DNA of 64,000 nt. It comes from an uncultured bacterium (GTDB lineage Bacteria; Patescibacteriota; Minisyncoccia; Phycocordibacterales; UBA9973). Of the stretch, positions 47,806 to 57,750 are shown in pieces. The stretch lies in contig CAITGV010000002.1 of NCBI GenBank assembly GCA_903892035.1, forward strand, positions 65,714 to 129,713. The letters are read 5' to 3'. A program made the translations under genes and the position numbers. The notes beneath the pieces were generated by a model. The model did not search any database. It saw nothing but the letters and a program-made list of their open reading frames with translations, and was not told the origin of the DNA. Positions within the stretch are counted from its first letter, which is position 1. Every line of letters starts with the position of its first letter.

Positions 47806-47828
47806 ATTTGGGAGCTTAGCTCCCAAAT
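47806..47828. repeat. Family B palindrome between the LysE gene and RAYT2
   Basis: ATTTGGGAGC-TTA-GCTCCCAAAT directly after the LysE TAA. Confidence 0.95.
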
Positions 47829-48449
47829 TTATTTGAGAAAATAAATTATCTCTGTATATAGTATTTTTAAGGCGAGCAAAAATACTAAAATAGCTAGGGC
47901 CACAAATACTTTTCTAATAACTCTTTCATTCAGCAAAAATTTCCTTAGTGCATTAAAACCAAAAAAGATAATAGTTATCACCACAACCATTGAAATTTCA
48001 AATATTGCTACAAATAGATACTCCCCGTAATGAATACTGCTACCCATACTAAACGCAATAGGAAGACATACGGAAGTCCAATACAACCATAGTGGGCCAT
48101 TAAAAATCATTAACAGAAAAATATGTTTTATGCCAACTTTCTTTTGTTCTTTCGTATAATCAATTTTTCTAATTTTATAAAGCTGTAGTGCAATATACGC
48201 AAGCATCACCACACCAACAAAAGCAAAAATATGAAAAACAACATGCGGAATTTTTAACCAAGAAGAAGTCGCGACAAGTAAAAGGCCGATAAAAAACTCT
48301 GTCAGCCCTGCCACAATAATGTACATTCCCCCATTCACAAGACCCTTTTTAGGTGATCTTAATATTTCAGATAGAGCAATCAAAAGTATCGGACCAGGAG
48401 TAAGCCCACCTATAAATCCTAAAATTATTGTTGTAATGATATCTTTCAT
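47829..48449 (-). CDS. LysE-family translocator
   Basis: GFIGGLTPGP N-terminus, NGPLWLYW, about 6 TM helices. Confidence 0.8.
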   Translation of the reverse strand: MKDIITTIILGFIGGLTPGPILLIALSEILRSPKKGLVNGGMYIIVAGLTEFFIGLLLVATSSWLKIPHVVFHIFAFVGVVMLAYIALQLYKIRKIDYTKEQKKVGIKHIFLLMIFNGPLWLYWTSVCLPIAFSMGSSIHYGEYLFVAIFEISMVVVITIIFFGFNALRKFLLNERVIRKVFVALAILVFLLALKILYTEIIYFLK

Positions 48450-48455
48450 ATTCCT

Positions 48456-48476
48456 TTTGGGAGCTTAGCTCCCAAA
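48456..48476. repeat. Family B palindrome between the ABC gene and the LysE gene
   Basis: TTTGGGAGC-TTA-GCTCCCAAA, 1 nt after the ABC TAA and 6 nt before the LysE ATG. Confidence 0.95.
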
Positions 48477-48477
48477 T

Positions 48478-50232
48478 TTATTCGATAAATCCCCCACTTT
48501 GGTGCGCCCAAAGGTCGGCATAAACTCCTTTCTTTTTTAGTAGTTGTTTGTGATTGCCGTCTTCGACAATAGTTCCATTTTCAAGAACAATTATTCTATC
48601 CATTTTTTGAATTGTTGAAAGTCGGTGTGCGATAACAATAACAGTCTTATCTTTCATTAATTCAACTAATGCTTCTTGGATATATGATTCACTTACACTA
48701 TCTAGTGCACTTGTTGCTTCATCAAGCAAAAGTATCGGAGCATTTTTGAGCATTGCACGCGCAATTGCTACACGCTGACGTTCACCACCTGAAAGTTTTA
48801 CACCTCTTTCACCTACAAAAGTTTCATAACCTTTTGGTAATTTAGAAATAAAATCATGAGCATGAGCTTTTTTTGCAACTTCAATAATTTCTTCTTCTGT
48901 CGCATCTGGTTTTCCATATGCAATGTTCTCACGAATTGTACGATGAAATAAAACTGATTCTTGTGGTACATACGAAATCATACTCCTTAAGTCATCCTGC
49001 AATACATTACGAATATCCTGATCATCTATAGTTATGCTTCCTTTGGTCACATCCATAAAACGCAAAATTAAATTTGTAATTGTAGATTTTCCAGCACCGG
49101 AGTGCCCAACAATTCCAATTCGCTGTCCGTGCGGTATATCTAAAGTAAAATTTGAAAATATTTCAGTATTATTTCCATAATCAAAAGATACATCACTAAA
49201 TTGCAAATTACCTTTTTGCATTTTTAATACTTCCGGATTTATTGGGTCCTCAATATCAGACTTAATTTCAAAAATATCAATCATTTCTTTCATATCTGCA
49301 CCAGCTTTCATAAATTTTGTAAGAGAGTTACCAAAATCCCAAAGTTTATCAAAAATAACAACAATAAAACCCTGTACCAATACAATAGTTCCTGTAGTAA
49401 TTTTATTATTTAGCCAAAGATGAACCATTACATATAAAAGTGAACCTTGAACAATAAATGCTAGAACTGCCTGAATGACTTCAATTTTCCCGGCAAGAAA
49501 CCAAGCTTTTCTACTTTTAATTGAAGCATCCTCAGTAATTTCTTTAAATGAATTGGTTTCAGATTTGGTTGCAGAAAATATTTTAACAGCAAGAATATTT
49601 CCAAATATATCAGCAAGGCGTCCGCTTATACTCGAATCAGATGCTGCTTCAATCACATCATATTTAATTTTTCTACGTAAAAAGAAAGCAATGATACTAA
49701 AATAAATTAATACCCATATTAAAAAGAAAAAGGATATTATTACTGAAGTCTTACCTAAAACAATAAAAACACCAACTAAAACTATAAATGTTGACCAGAA
49801 ATTAAAAAGCAAAATATCAAACATTGTTTCAAATGACCCAACAAATCGACGTGACTTTGTCACCAAAGAACCAGAAAAAGTATTTGCAAAAAAAGTTTGT
49901 GAGTGATATTGAATTTTTTTTAATGAAAAATTACGTAATTCTTTTATTACATTTATCTCAAAGGCGAAAAAAATAAACTTACAGACTCTAGCAGTAATTG
50001 TAGTTAGCAAACTTATAAAAATAATAGTCACAACCAAAATTAGTAGCCCATGAGATAAGTCAGCTTTATTTGTAACATTTTCAGACAATGTATCTATAAT
50101 TTTCTTAAAATAAAAGGGTCTTATTATATATTCAAGTGTAGTTCTAATTCCAAATATTATAAATATTGCATAAAAAGAGCCACGATATTTTCGCATTTGT
50201 GGCCATATGTATTTATATATTTTTTTAAACAT
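48478..50232 (-). CDS. ABC exporter, fused permease and ATPase
   Basis: TM domain, GHSGAGKST, LSGGERQR, LLLDEATSALD; likely start MFKKIYK. Confidence 0.93.
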   Translation of the reverse strand: MFKKIYKYIWPQMRKYRGSFYAIFIIFGIRTTLEYIIRPFYFKKIIDTLSENVTNKADLSHGLLILVVTIIFISLLTTITARVCKFIFFAFEINVIKELRNFSLKKIQYHSQTFFANTFSGSLVTKSRRFVGSFETMFDILLFNFWSTFIVLVGVFIVLGKTSVIISFFFLIWVLIYFSIIAFFLRRKIKYDVIEAASDSSISGRLADIFGNILAVKIFSATKSETNSFKEITEDASIKSRKAWFLAGKIEVIQAVLAFIVQGSLLYVMVHLWLNNKITTGTIVLVQGFIVVIFDKLWDFGNSLTKFMKAGADMKEMIDIFEIKSDIEDPINPEVLKMQKGNLQFSDVSFDYGNNTEIFSNFTLDIPHGQRIGIVGHSGAGKSTITNLILRFMDVTKGSITIDDQDIRNVLQDDLRSMISYVPQESVLFHRTIRENIAYGKPDATEEEIIEVAKKAHAHDFISKLPKGYETFVGERGVKLSGGERQRVAIARAMLKNAPILLLDEATSALDSVSESYIQEALVELMKDKTVIVIAHRLSTIQKMDRIIVLENGTIVEDGNHKQLLKKKGVYADLWAHQSGGFIE

Positions 50233-50290
50233 TACAAAATTATAACACAAAATACCTTAAAATCAAAGGCTTATTTGAATTTATTAAATA

Positions 50291-51973
50291 TTAAATTCCC
50301 TCCCCTGTTGCAGAAATTGGGCTTGTTTTCCAAAATTTGGTTTTGAAAGTTTCTTGAATCATTAGCATTTCTTTATTTTTCATAAGTGACAAAACAATAC
50401 CACCAGCAATAATTCCTATTATTCCGGCAATAAGTCCTTGCAATAAAAAATCTATAAATTTATCTAAATCAAATATCTTTGCTAGTGGCCCTAAAGCAAT
50501 GTATGTGACCATACCTATAACGATTGATGCGAAGATTGATTGAAAAAATGCAGTGCGAAGGAATGGTTGATTATTTTCAAAATCCTTTTTGAAATGTACC
50601 CAGTGCAAAATAAAATTCACTATTGTACCTATTGAATAAGCGAGTGGGAGCATGAGCACGGCAGTACCAGGAATTCCTTGAACGCGTAGAAGTGTTTCAA
50701 TTAAATTTTTCAAAGGAGCTAATTGATTGAAAAAATGAACTAGAACATAAGCAAGAATTACAATTCCAAACGAGCAAATAAAATTCATAATTAGCGGTTT
50801 TCTAGTATTGCCTGCTGCATAATATGCTCGTGCAAAAAGTAAAATCATGCTTTGTGCAACAACTGATAGAGCAAATATAGCAAGCGATGCAGCAACGAGC
50901 CTTGTATCTTGCCATGTAAAATGCCCTGAACCCAGAATAACTCTTACAATCTGCGCACGCAATACAATAAATAGTACTGTTACTGGCATTGACCAGAAAA
51001 TAACTTGTCTTGCAGAAAGAGTTACTTGGTCAATAAATTTATCACGTTGATTTTCTGATATGTATTTTGTTAAATTTGAAAATGTTGCGACAGCATAAGA
51101 AACTCCGATTATTGCAAGTGGTACAGCTTGTAAATTTGAAGATAATTTAAAAACTGAAATTGCTCCCTCACCCACCAGTGATGCAAAAGCAATAATAATT
51201 ATGATTGCCATATTATTAAATGCCAAACCTGCAGTTCTAGGAAGAGAAATCGCAAGCACTCGCAATACTTCATTCCAATTTATAACTTTTGAAATTTTAG
51301 GAACAAATTTATATTTCACCATTACCACAAGCTGAACAAACATATGTAGCATTGCCCCAAGTGCGACACCCCACGCAAGACCCACCACACCCATACTAGG
51401 ATAAAATAAAAATATTCCTAAAATAATACCAACATTATACAGAACTGGTGAAAGTGAATATAAAAAAAATCTTCGATAAAATTGAGTGACACTTCCAAAT
51501 AAATTTGATAGTCCTAAAAATATTGGTGAAAGTAACATTAACCTTGATATTTTAATTGTTAGCAAAGTTGCTTCTGGGGAAAATCCAGGAGTAATTGATT
51601 TTGCAATATAAGGCATAATTATATAAAGAATTACTGATATAGCAATCATCGCATATAAAAAAACTGTAAACATGTCATTTAAAAATCTGTGAGCTTCAGC
51701 ATGATCACCGTCACCTTTCATTTTCTCTGTCAAAAAAGGCATGAGTGCTGTAATTGAAACAAGACATGCAACAGAAACATAAATAAAATCTGGAATTCTA
51801 AAAGCAGCATAATATATATCGAGATTTGAAGAAAGACCAATATGACTTGCGAGAAGTCTATCTCGAAGTAAACCTAAAACTTGCGAAAATAGTGCGAAAA
51901 AGCCCAACAAAAAAGCAGCTTGGTGTATAGAGCTAAATTCTTTATTTAGTATAGTAAGGATTTTTTTTACCAT
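50291..51973 (-). CDS. murJ: Lipid II flippase MurJ
   Basis: SQVLGLLRDR, YYAAFRIPD, multiple TM helices. Confidence 0.9.
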   Translation of the reverse strand: MVKKILTILNKEFSSIHQAAFLLGFFALFSQVLGLLRDRLLASHIGLSSNLDIYYAAFRIPDFIYVSVACLVSITALMPFLTEKMKGDGDHAEAHRFLNDMFTVFLYAMIAISVILYIIMPYIAKSITPGFSPEATLLTIKISRLMLLSPIFLGLSNLFGSVTQFYRRFFLYSLSPVLYNVGIILGIFLFYPSMGVVGLAWGVALGAMLHMFVQLVVMVKYKFVPKISKVINWNEVLRVLAISLPRTAGLAFNNMAIIIIIAFASLVGEGAISVFKLSSNLQAVPLAIIGVSYAVATFSNLTKYISENQRDKFIDQVTLSARQVIFWSMPVTVLFIVLRAQIVRVILGSGHFTWQDTRLVAASLAIFALSVVAQSMILLFARAYYAAGNTRKPLIMNFICSFGIVILAYVLVHFFNQLAPLKNLIETLLRVQGIPGTAVLMLPLAYSIGTIVNFILHWVHFKKDFENNQPFLRTAFFQSIFASIVIGMVTYIALGPLAKIFDLDKFIDFLLQGLIAGIIGIIAGGIVLSLMKNKEMLMIQETFKTKFWKTSPISATGEGI

Positions 51974-51986
51974 TTTTTGGTATAAA

Positions 51987-54107
51987 TTATTTCTTGTTTA
52001 TTACCTTACCTTTTTTAATATCTGGAGTTGGGGGTGGTGGTGGAGTATTTGCGATATTGTTCTGACTTTGAACCAAACTAATCATATGTAAAATATCTGG
52101 ATCATTTGGGCTATACGATTTCAAAGCATTCAATTTAGTAAGTGCGTCACTATATTTTCCTTGACTATAATCAATCAAACTTTCTAAAAAGAATGCTTGG
52201 GCATAATCATTTTTTAAATTTAGAGCTTTTTCTGCATTATTTCGAGCTTCGACATAGTTTTTTTGTTTATATTGAAGATTTGCGATCGAAAGATAGACAC
52301 TAGGATTATTTGGAGCTAGCATAAGTGCTTTTTGATATGCACCAAGTGAATTCGTAAAATCGTTTGGAATATTGAATGGCATAAGTGAAGCATAATAATC
52401 ACCAAGTGCTACCCAGTTTGTATAATTTGTATTGTCCCAAGCAACAGCATCTCGAGCAAATTTTTCTCCAAGAGTTACGTCTCTACTAAATTCAGCTTTC
52501 GTTGCTTCGTCTGGGTTATTTCCAGAAGAAGCAATATTTTGAATACGAACTCCATAAACCTGCGACAAAGCTTTCAAGTATTGATCATTTGGATGTAATG
52601 CAACAGCTTTACTAGTATATGAAAGTGCTTTTTCAATCCCATCTGGAGAATTTAATGCCAATGTCCCTTTTTCATAGTAAACAACAGAGGTAAATCGAGC
52701 AACAAATAAATACATACTTCCAGCTGTTAGAAGCATTACGATAACCAAGATTACAATTAAAAATAAACTTTTTTTAGATTTATTTAGTAATGATACTTCT
52801 TTGTATTTTAGTGAATCACCATAATAAGTCACCATAAATGCTCCAAGCAAAACAAAAGTTAAAGATAAAATTACAAAACTAGAAAAAGTTAGTAGTAAAA
52901 ATAATATAAGAAATAGTGATGAAATAATTACAATAAAATCTACAGCTGAATGTTCAACATCTTTGCGAATCAAACTTTTAAATGATGCTTTAAGATATAC
53001 AAAATAAAACCATAACCAGCATATTAAACCAAGTAAACCTGTAGTAACTAGGAAAGTTTCTATAACTCCAAAACCAACATTAAATGGTACATTGAAAAAC
53101 TGAGTGCTATTTACAGCATTATCCTTAAATAAAGACCAACTATGTTCAAAACGATTTGGAGCTGAACCCATAATAGGACTTTTAATCAAAGTGTTTTTTA
53201 CTAAGTTTATATTTGAAATAAAAGATGGACGTACATCATTTGAGGCAATACCTAGTTTCGACGCTGGAATACCAGCAAAAGAAGATTGACCTATTGTGAA
53301 AAACAAACAAATTAATAATACAGTAAAAGAAGCTACTGGAAATTTCTTTTTGGAAATTTCATTATGTATACCATTTCTTCTATATAGAGAGTAAATAAAA
53401 ATAATCAATGAAAACAAAGCGAGCATTACCCAAAGGATTACAAAATTTACAACAATGGCAACAAACAGAGAAAGCGCAAGTAAAATTGAAGCAAATATTT
53501 TTCTTTTTAAAAAACCAAAATCCATTACAGAAATCAAAGACAAAATAAGAATTCCTGAAAGGATTCCCAAATCATTTAAATTACCGATTATATTTTGATC
53601 AAAAATACTAGAGAAAAATTTTGGGAAATGAGTGCCAAGATGTAAACAAAAAAATATTACTTGAAACGTTAAAACAGTAGCTAGAGAAATAAATATACCT
53701 TTTAATAAATACTTAAACTTGTGCTCGTCAGTGAAAAAGTCAGAGGCTAAAAAGAAAGTAAAATATAATACAAGAATGGAAATAAAACTTCCAACGTCAA
53801 AAGCAAGACCAAGAAATGATTTTATAAATACTGGGGAAAATATTGCGGTTATTAAAAAAACTAATGGAATTAAAGATATTCCTATGAATAATTTATTTTT
53901 AGGAATTCGAATATTTCCTTCAAAAAGCCTTGCAACTACCCACATAAGTAAGGATATTGAAATTCCAAGTGAAAGAATAAAACCTTTTACCACCCCAAGA
54001 CCTATTTGAGTAAAAGGAATAAAAAATATTGGTAAAAGAAAAATAGTAAAAGAAAAAATATAGAAAGAAATTTTATCTGGCATTGAACTTTTTATTCGTG
54101 AATTCAT
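51987..54107 (-). CDS. Polytopic membrane protein (O-antigen-ligase-like) with C-terminal TPRs
   Basis: About 12 TM helices, PIMGSAP, TGLLG; TPR-like repeats (ALMLAPNNP, ALNLKNDY). Confidence 0.7.
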   Translation of the reverse strand: MNSRIKSSMPDKISFYIFSFTIFLLPIFFIPFTQIGLGVVKGFILSLGISISLLMWVVARLFEGNIRIPKNKLFIGISLIPLVFLITAIFSPVFIKSFLGLAFDVGSFISILVLYFTFFLASDFFTDEHKFKYLLKGIFISLATVLTFQVIFFCLHLGTHFPKFFSSIFDQNIIGNLNDLGILSGILILSLISVMDFGFLKRKIFASILLALSLFVAIVVNFVILWVMLALFSLIIFIYSLYRRNGIHNEISKKKFPVASFTVLLICLFFTIGQSSFAGIPASKLGIASNDVRPSFISNINLVKNTLIKSPIMGSAPNRFEHSWSLFKDNAVNSTQFFNVPFNVGFGVIETFLVTTGLLGLICWLWFYFVYLKASFKSLIRKDVEHSAVDFIVIISSLFLILFLLLTFSSFVILSLTFVLLGAFMVTYYGDSLKYKEVSLLNKSKKSLFLIVILVIVMLLTAGSMYLFVARFTSVVYYEKGTLALNSPDGIEKALSYTSKAVALHPNDQYLKALSQVYGVRIQNIASSGNNPDEATKAEFSRDVTLGEKFARDAVAWDNTNYTNWVALGDYYASLMPFNIPNDFTNSLGAYQKALMLAPNNPSVYLSIANLQYKQKNYVEARNNAEKALNLKNDYAQAFFLESLIDYSQGKYSDALTKLNALKSYSPNDPDILHMISLVQSQNNIANTPPPPPTPDIKKGKVINKK

Positions 54108-54122
54108 TTATCTATTATATAC

Positions 54123-56588
54123 TTAAAATACGATATTAACCAAACGCCCCTTTACGTAAATAACCTTTTTAATTTCTTTACCTTCTATCCAGTTCACCAC
54201 GGCATGATCTTTCATTGCCATTGCTTTTACTTCTTCTTCATTCATTTCATTTGAAATTTTTATTTCTGCTCGTACTTTTCCATTTACAGATACAGCAATA
54301 GTAATTTCATTGTCGATAACTTTTTTAGGGTCAAATTTAGGCCAAAGAGAAAGGTGTATTGATTTTTTTTCGCCCAATTCACTCCAAAGTTGTTCTGTGA
54401 TATGTGGCGCAAAAGGTGCGAGAATTTGCAGAAACATTTTAAAATCCTTCTCGTCTACAGATTCAGCTTTTTCCATTTCATTTAAACAAATCATCATAGC
54501 TGAAACTGCAGTATTAAAACTCGTCGTCTCAATATCTTCTGTAACTTTTTTTATAGTTTTGTGCAGTGTAGCTTGCAGCGTTAGGTATGCTGAAGAATAA
54601 ATAAAATCTTCGCGCTTTACCCTCTCTACGGGGGCTCCGACACGACTCAGATTTTTTTTATTCTTCAGCATATTCTGCGCAACGATTTTATTATAAATTT
54701 TCCAAACGCGCTCTAGAAATCTTCTAGGGCCCACCATCGAATCTGTACTCCACGATACATGCTGATCAAATGGACCCATAAACATTTCATATACTCGCAA
54801 AGTATCTGCCCCAAAAGTTTTCACAATTGCATCAGGATTTATAACATTGCCTTTTGATTTTGACATTTTCTCTCCACCGTCAGCCAAAATTAAACCGTGA
54901 GATGTTCTTTTTTGATATGGCTCTTTTGTTGGAACCAATTTTAAATCATAAAGAAATTTATGCCAGAATCTTGAATACAATAAGTGAAGAGTTGTGTGCT
55001 CCATACCACCATTGTACCAATCGACGGGTGTAAAATATTTTAAATTCTTTTTCGAAGCAAATTCTTTTTTATTTTTTGGATCTGTATATCGTAAATAATA
55101 CCAAGAGCTTCCTGCCCAGTTTGGCATTGTGTCGGTTTCTCTTTTTGCTTTACCTTTACATTTTGGACATTTTACATTTACCCATTTTGTAATTTCAGCC
55201 AAAGGACTTTCACCATTATCAGTCGGCTCATATTTTTTTACTTTTGGAAGTACTACTGGTAAATCTTTTTCAGGCACAGGTACTACTCCACATTTTTCAC
55301 AATGAATCATTGGTATCGGTTCACCCCAATATCTTTGTCTTGAAAAAACCCAATCACGAAGTTTGTATTTTGTAACAATTCTTCCACCGACAAAATCTGT
55401 AATTTCCTTTCGGGCATATTCACTAGTCATTCCATCAAATTTTCCAGAATTTGTCAGTATTCCATCTCCAGTAAAACATTCGGATTCAATTCCTTGTGGG
55501 TTATTTAAAACCTGCTTCATTGGCAAATTGTATTTTTTTGCAAAAGCAAAATCCCGCTCATCATGCATATCTGCAAATATTGCTCCTGTGCCATATTGCG
55601 CAAGCACAAAATCTGCAATATAAATTGGAATCTCTTCACCATTTACTGGATTTATAGCTTTTACTCCTTTTAACTCAACACCGGTCTTATCCTTATCCTC
55701 AGAAGTACGTTCTATATCTGTTTTCTTTTTTGTATCATTAATATATTTTTCAATTTCACTTAAATTTAAAATTTGTGATTTAATTTTCAAAATCATCGGA
55801 TGTTCTGGGGCCAAAGTTAACGCAAAAGCACCAAATAAAGTATCGGCTCTTGTTGTGAAAGTGGTAATTTTTTCATCACTATTTTTAATTTTAAAATCAA
55901 TTTCACTTCCCTCGCTTTTTCCTATCCAATTCCTTTGTTGAATTTTAATTTTTTCCAAATAGTCCACAGTGTCGAGATCTTTATCGAGCCTGTCTGCATA
56001 TTTTGTTATTGCAAGCATCCACTGCTCTTTGTCGCGCTTTTCTACAGGTGTGCCACATCTTTCACAACAACCAGCAATTACCTCTTCGTTTGCAAGGCCA
56101 ATTTTGTCTTTCGGACACCAGTTGATAGCAATGCGAGCTTTATATGCCAAACCTTTTTTATAGAATTGCAAAAATATCCATTGCGTCCATTTATAGTACG
56201 CTGGATCTGTGGTATTTATTTCTCTATCCCAATCAAAACCAAAACCAAGTTCTTTTAATTGTCGGCGAAAAGTGTCAGTATTTTTCTTTGTAATTGCTTC
56301 GGGTTGTTTACCTGTTTTAATTGCATAATTTTCTGTAGGCAAACCAAAAGCATCCCAACCAATTGGATAAAGAGTATTGTAACCCTGCATGCGTCGTTTG
56401 CGAGTGATGATATCCATCGCAGTATTGCTTCTGATGTGGCCCACGTGCAAACCATCTCCAGATGGATATGGAAATTCAATGAGGCCAAAAAACTTTTTAC
56501 CTTTTGTATTTTTTACAGAATAAATTTTTTTCTTATCCCATTCCTTCTGCCACTTTTTTTCAATTTTTTTATGATCGTAAATTTTCAT
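54123..56588 (-). CDS. leuS: Leucine-tRNA ligase
   Basis: FPYPSGDGLHVGH, GWDAFGLP, SRQRYWG, KMSKS. Confidence 0.97.
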   Translation of the reverse strand: MKIYDHKKIEKKWQKEWDKKKIYSVKNTKGKKFFGLIEFPYPSGDGLHVGHIRSNTAMDIITRKRRMQGYNTLYPIGWDAFGLPTENYAIKTGKQPEAITKKNTDTFRRQLKELGFGFDWDREINTTDPAYYKWTQWIFLQFYKKGLAYKARIAINWCPKDKIGLANEEVIAGCCERCGTPVEKRDKEQWMLAITKYADRLDKDLDTVDYLEKIKIQQRNWIGKSEGSEIDFKIKNSDEKITTFTTRADTLFGAFALTLAPEHPMILKIKSQILNLSEIEKYINDTKKKTDIERTSEDKDKTGVELKGVKAINPVNGEEIPIYIADFVLAQYGTGAIFADMHDERDFAFAKKYNLPMKQVLNNPQGIESECFTGDGILTNSGKFDGMTSEYARKEITDFVGGRIVTKYKLRDWVFSRQRYWGEPIPMIHCEKCGVVPVPEKDLPVVLPKVKKYEPTDNGESPLAEITKWVNVKCPKCKGKAKRETDTMPNWAGSSWYYLRYTDPKNKKEFASKKNLKYFTPVDWYNGGMEHTTLHLLYSRFWHKFLYDLKLVPTKEPYQKRTSHGLILADGGEKMSKSKGNVINPDAIVKTFGADTLRVYEMFMGPFDQHVSWSTDSMVGPRRFLERVWKIYNKIVAQNMLKNKKNLSRVGAPVERVKREDFIYSSAYLTLQATLHKTIKKVTEDIETTSFNTAVSAMMICLNEMEKAESVDEKDFKMFLQILAPFAPHITEQLWSELGEKKSIHLSLWPKFDPKKVIDNEITIAVSVNGKVRAEIKISNEMNEEEVKAMAMKDHAVVNWIEGKEIKKVIYVKGRLVNIVF
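54586..54672. repeat. 87-bp family E palindromic element in frame in leuS
   Basis: 16-bp perfect outer arms TATGCTGAAGAATAAA/TTTATTCTTCAGCATA; core identical to the ybeY copy. Confidence 0.92.
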
Positions 56589-57172
56589 TATTTATCATTA
56601 AATTTTTTTACTGCAAGCCAGACTAAAATCGCAAGCGCCAGACCAAGAACAACAACTCTCAAAATATCATTCATATCACTCCAATATCGTATTGAACCAA
56701 TAAATAATGATATGACTCCACCAAATGAAAAGCCGAGTGAGATAACACTTATACCCGAAAGGTAAACTGCGATGACTAGAGCAAGAATTCCAAATATTAC
56801 TAAAATAATAAATACATTTCTGTTATATAAACTCTCTGCAGTATTAAATGCTTTTCCACAAGTGTATGTAGGGTTGCAGTAACCAGAAACTACAGGTTGT
56901 GCAGGTACTGGCTTTGAATATTGATTGTCTGGTACTGGAGGTACTGTATTTTCTGTCCACATTCCCCCATCAGCGACGCAAGCTGTTTTGTCTACATATT
57001 GTTTATTATATTTTTCAGTTGGACAAAAAGCATCATACTGAGGTTGCTTGTAAACCAAAGAAATTGAGTAATTTACAAATAAATTGAAAACAATGACAAT
57101 GCCCAATATTAATGCCCATTTTAATACCCTTTTGTCTTTTTTTATGACTGGTACTTCTTGTGGATTATTCAT
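56588..57172 (-). CDS. Hypothetical membrane protein with Cys-containing external loop
   Basis: 4 TM helices; loop with 4 Cys. Confidence 0.75.
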   Translation of the reverse strand: MNNPQEVPVIKKDKRVLKWALILGIVIVFNLFVNYSISLVYKQPQYDAFCPTEKYNKQYVDKTACVADGGMWTENTVPPVPDNQYSKPVPAQPVVSGYCNPTYTCGKAFNTAESLYNRNVFIILVIFGILALVIAVYLSGISVISLGFSFGGVISLFIGSIRYWSDMNDILRVVVLGLALAILVWLAVKKFNDK

Positions 57173-57225
57173 ACTACAATAATAGCAAATATATGCTATT
57201 ATTTAAAGACTTATATTTTAATACA

Positions 57226-57750
57226 ATGTCCCCTAAAAAACGTACAGAAAAAATAGAGAAATTTTCAAGCAGAGCCACAAAATGGATCGGGTCTTCAAAC
57301 TCGCTTATTTTCCATACAATATTTTTTGCAATAATGGCAGTACTCTCAATAGTTGGCGTAGATATGGATAAAGTTCTCCTAGTATTGACAACAATTGTAT
57401 CCTTGGAGGCAATTTATCTTTCAATTTTTATCCAAATGACAGTAAATAAAAATACTGCCGATATCGAAGACATCGCGGAAGATGTGGAAGAAATTGCAGA
57501 AGATGTCGAAGACATTGCGGAAGATGTGGAAGGTATTGAAAAAGACGTTGATGAAATTCAGCAAGACGTGGACGAGATTCAAAAAGATGTGGACGAAATT
57601 CAAGAAGACGTCGAAGACATAGAGGAAGTGCACGACCAAAAATCTCCTAAAGGTGAAAAAAATAACCACCCAGAAATACTAGAAAAAATTCAACATGTTC
57701 TCGAAGCGCTTGCAAAAGACGTCGAAGCTCTAAAAAACAAAGAGAAATAA
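57226..57750 (+). CDS. DUF1003-like membrane protein with acidic heptad-repeat tail
   Basis: Likely start MSPKK; WIGS, VSLEAIYLSIFIQMTVN; then [IAEDVEE]/[IQKDVDE] repeats with 21-bp periodicity. Confidence 0.75.
   Translation: MSPKKRTEKIEKFSSRATKWIGSSNSLIFHTIFFAIMAVLSIVGVDMDKVLLVLTTIVSLEAIYLSIFIQMTVNKNTADIEDIAEDVEEIAEDVEDIAEDVEGIEKDVDEIQQDVDEIQKDVDEIQEDVEDIEEVHDQKSPKGEKNNHPEILEKIQHVLEALAKDVEALKNKEK

Noticed and set aside
47112-48476. Family B repeats as CRISPR repeats or canonical integron attC sites
   Set aside because: Spacing is irregular and gene-sized, one copy is intragenic, there are no RYYYAAC/GTTRRRY ends and no tyrosine recombinase.
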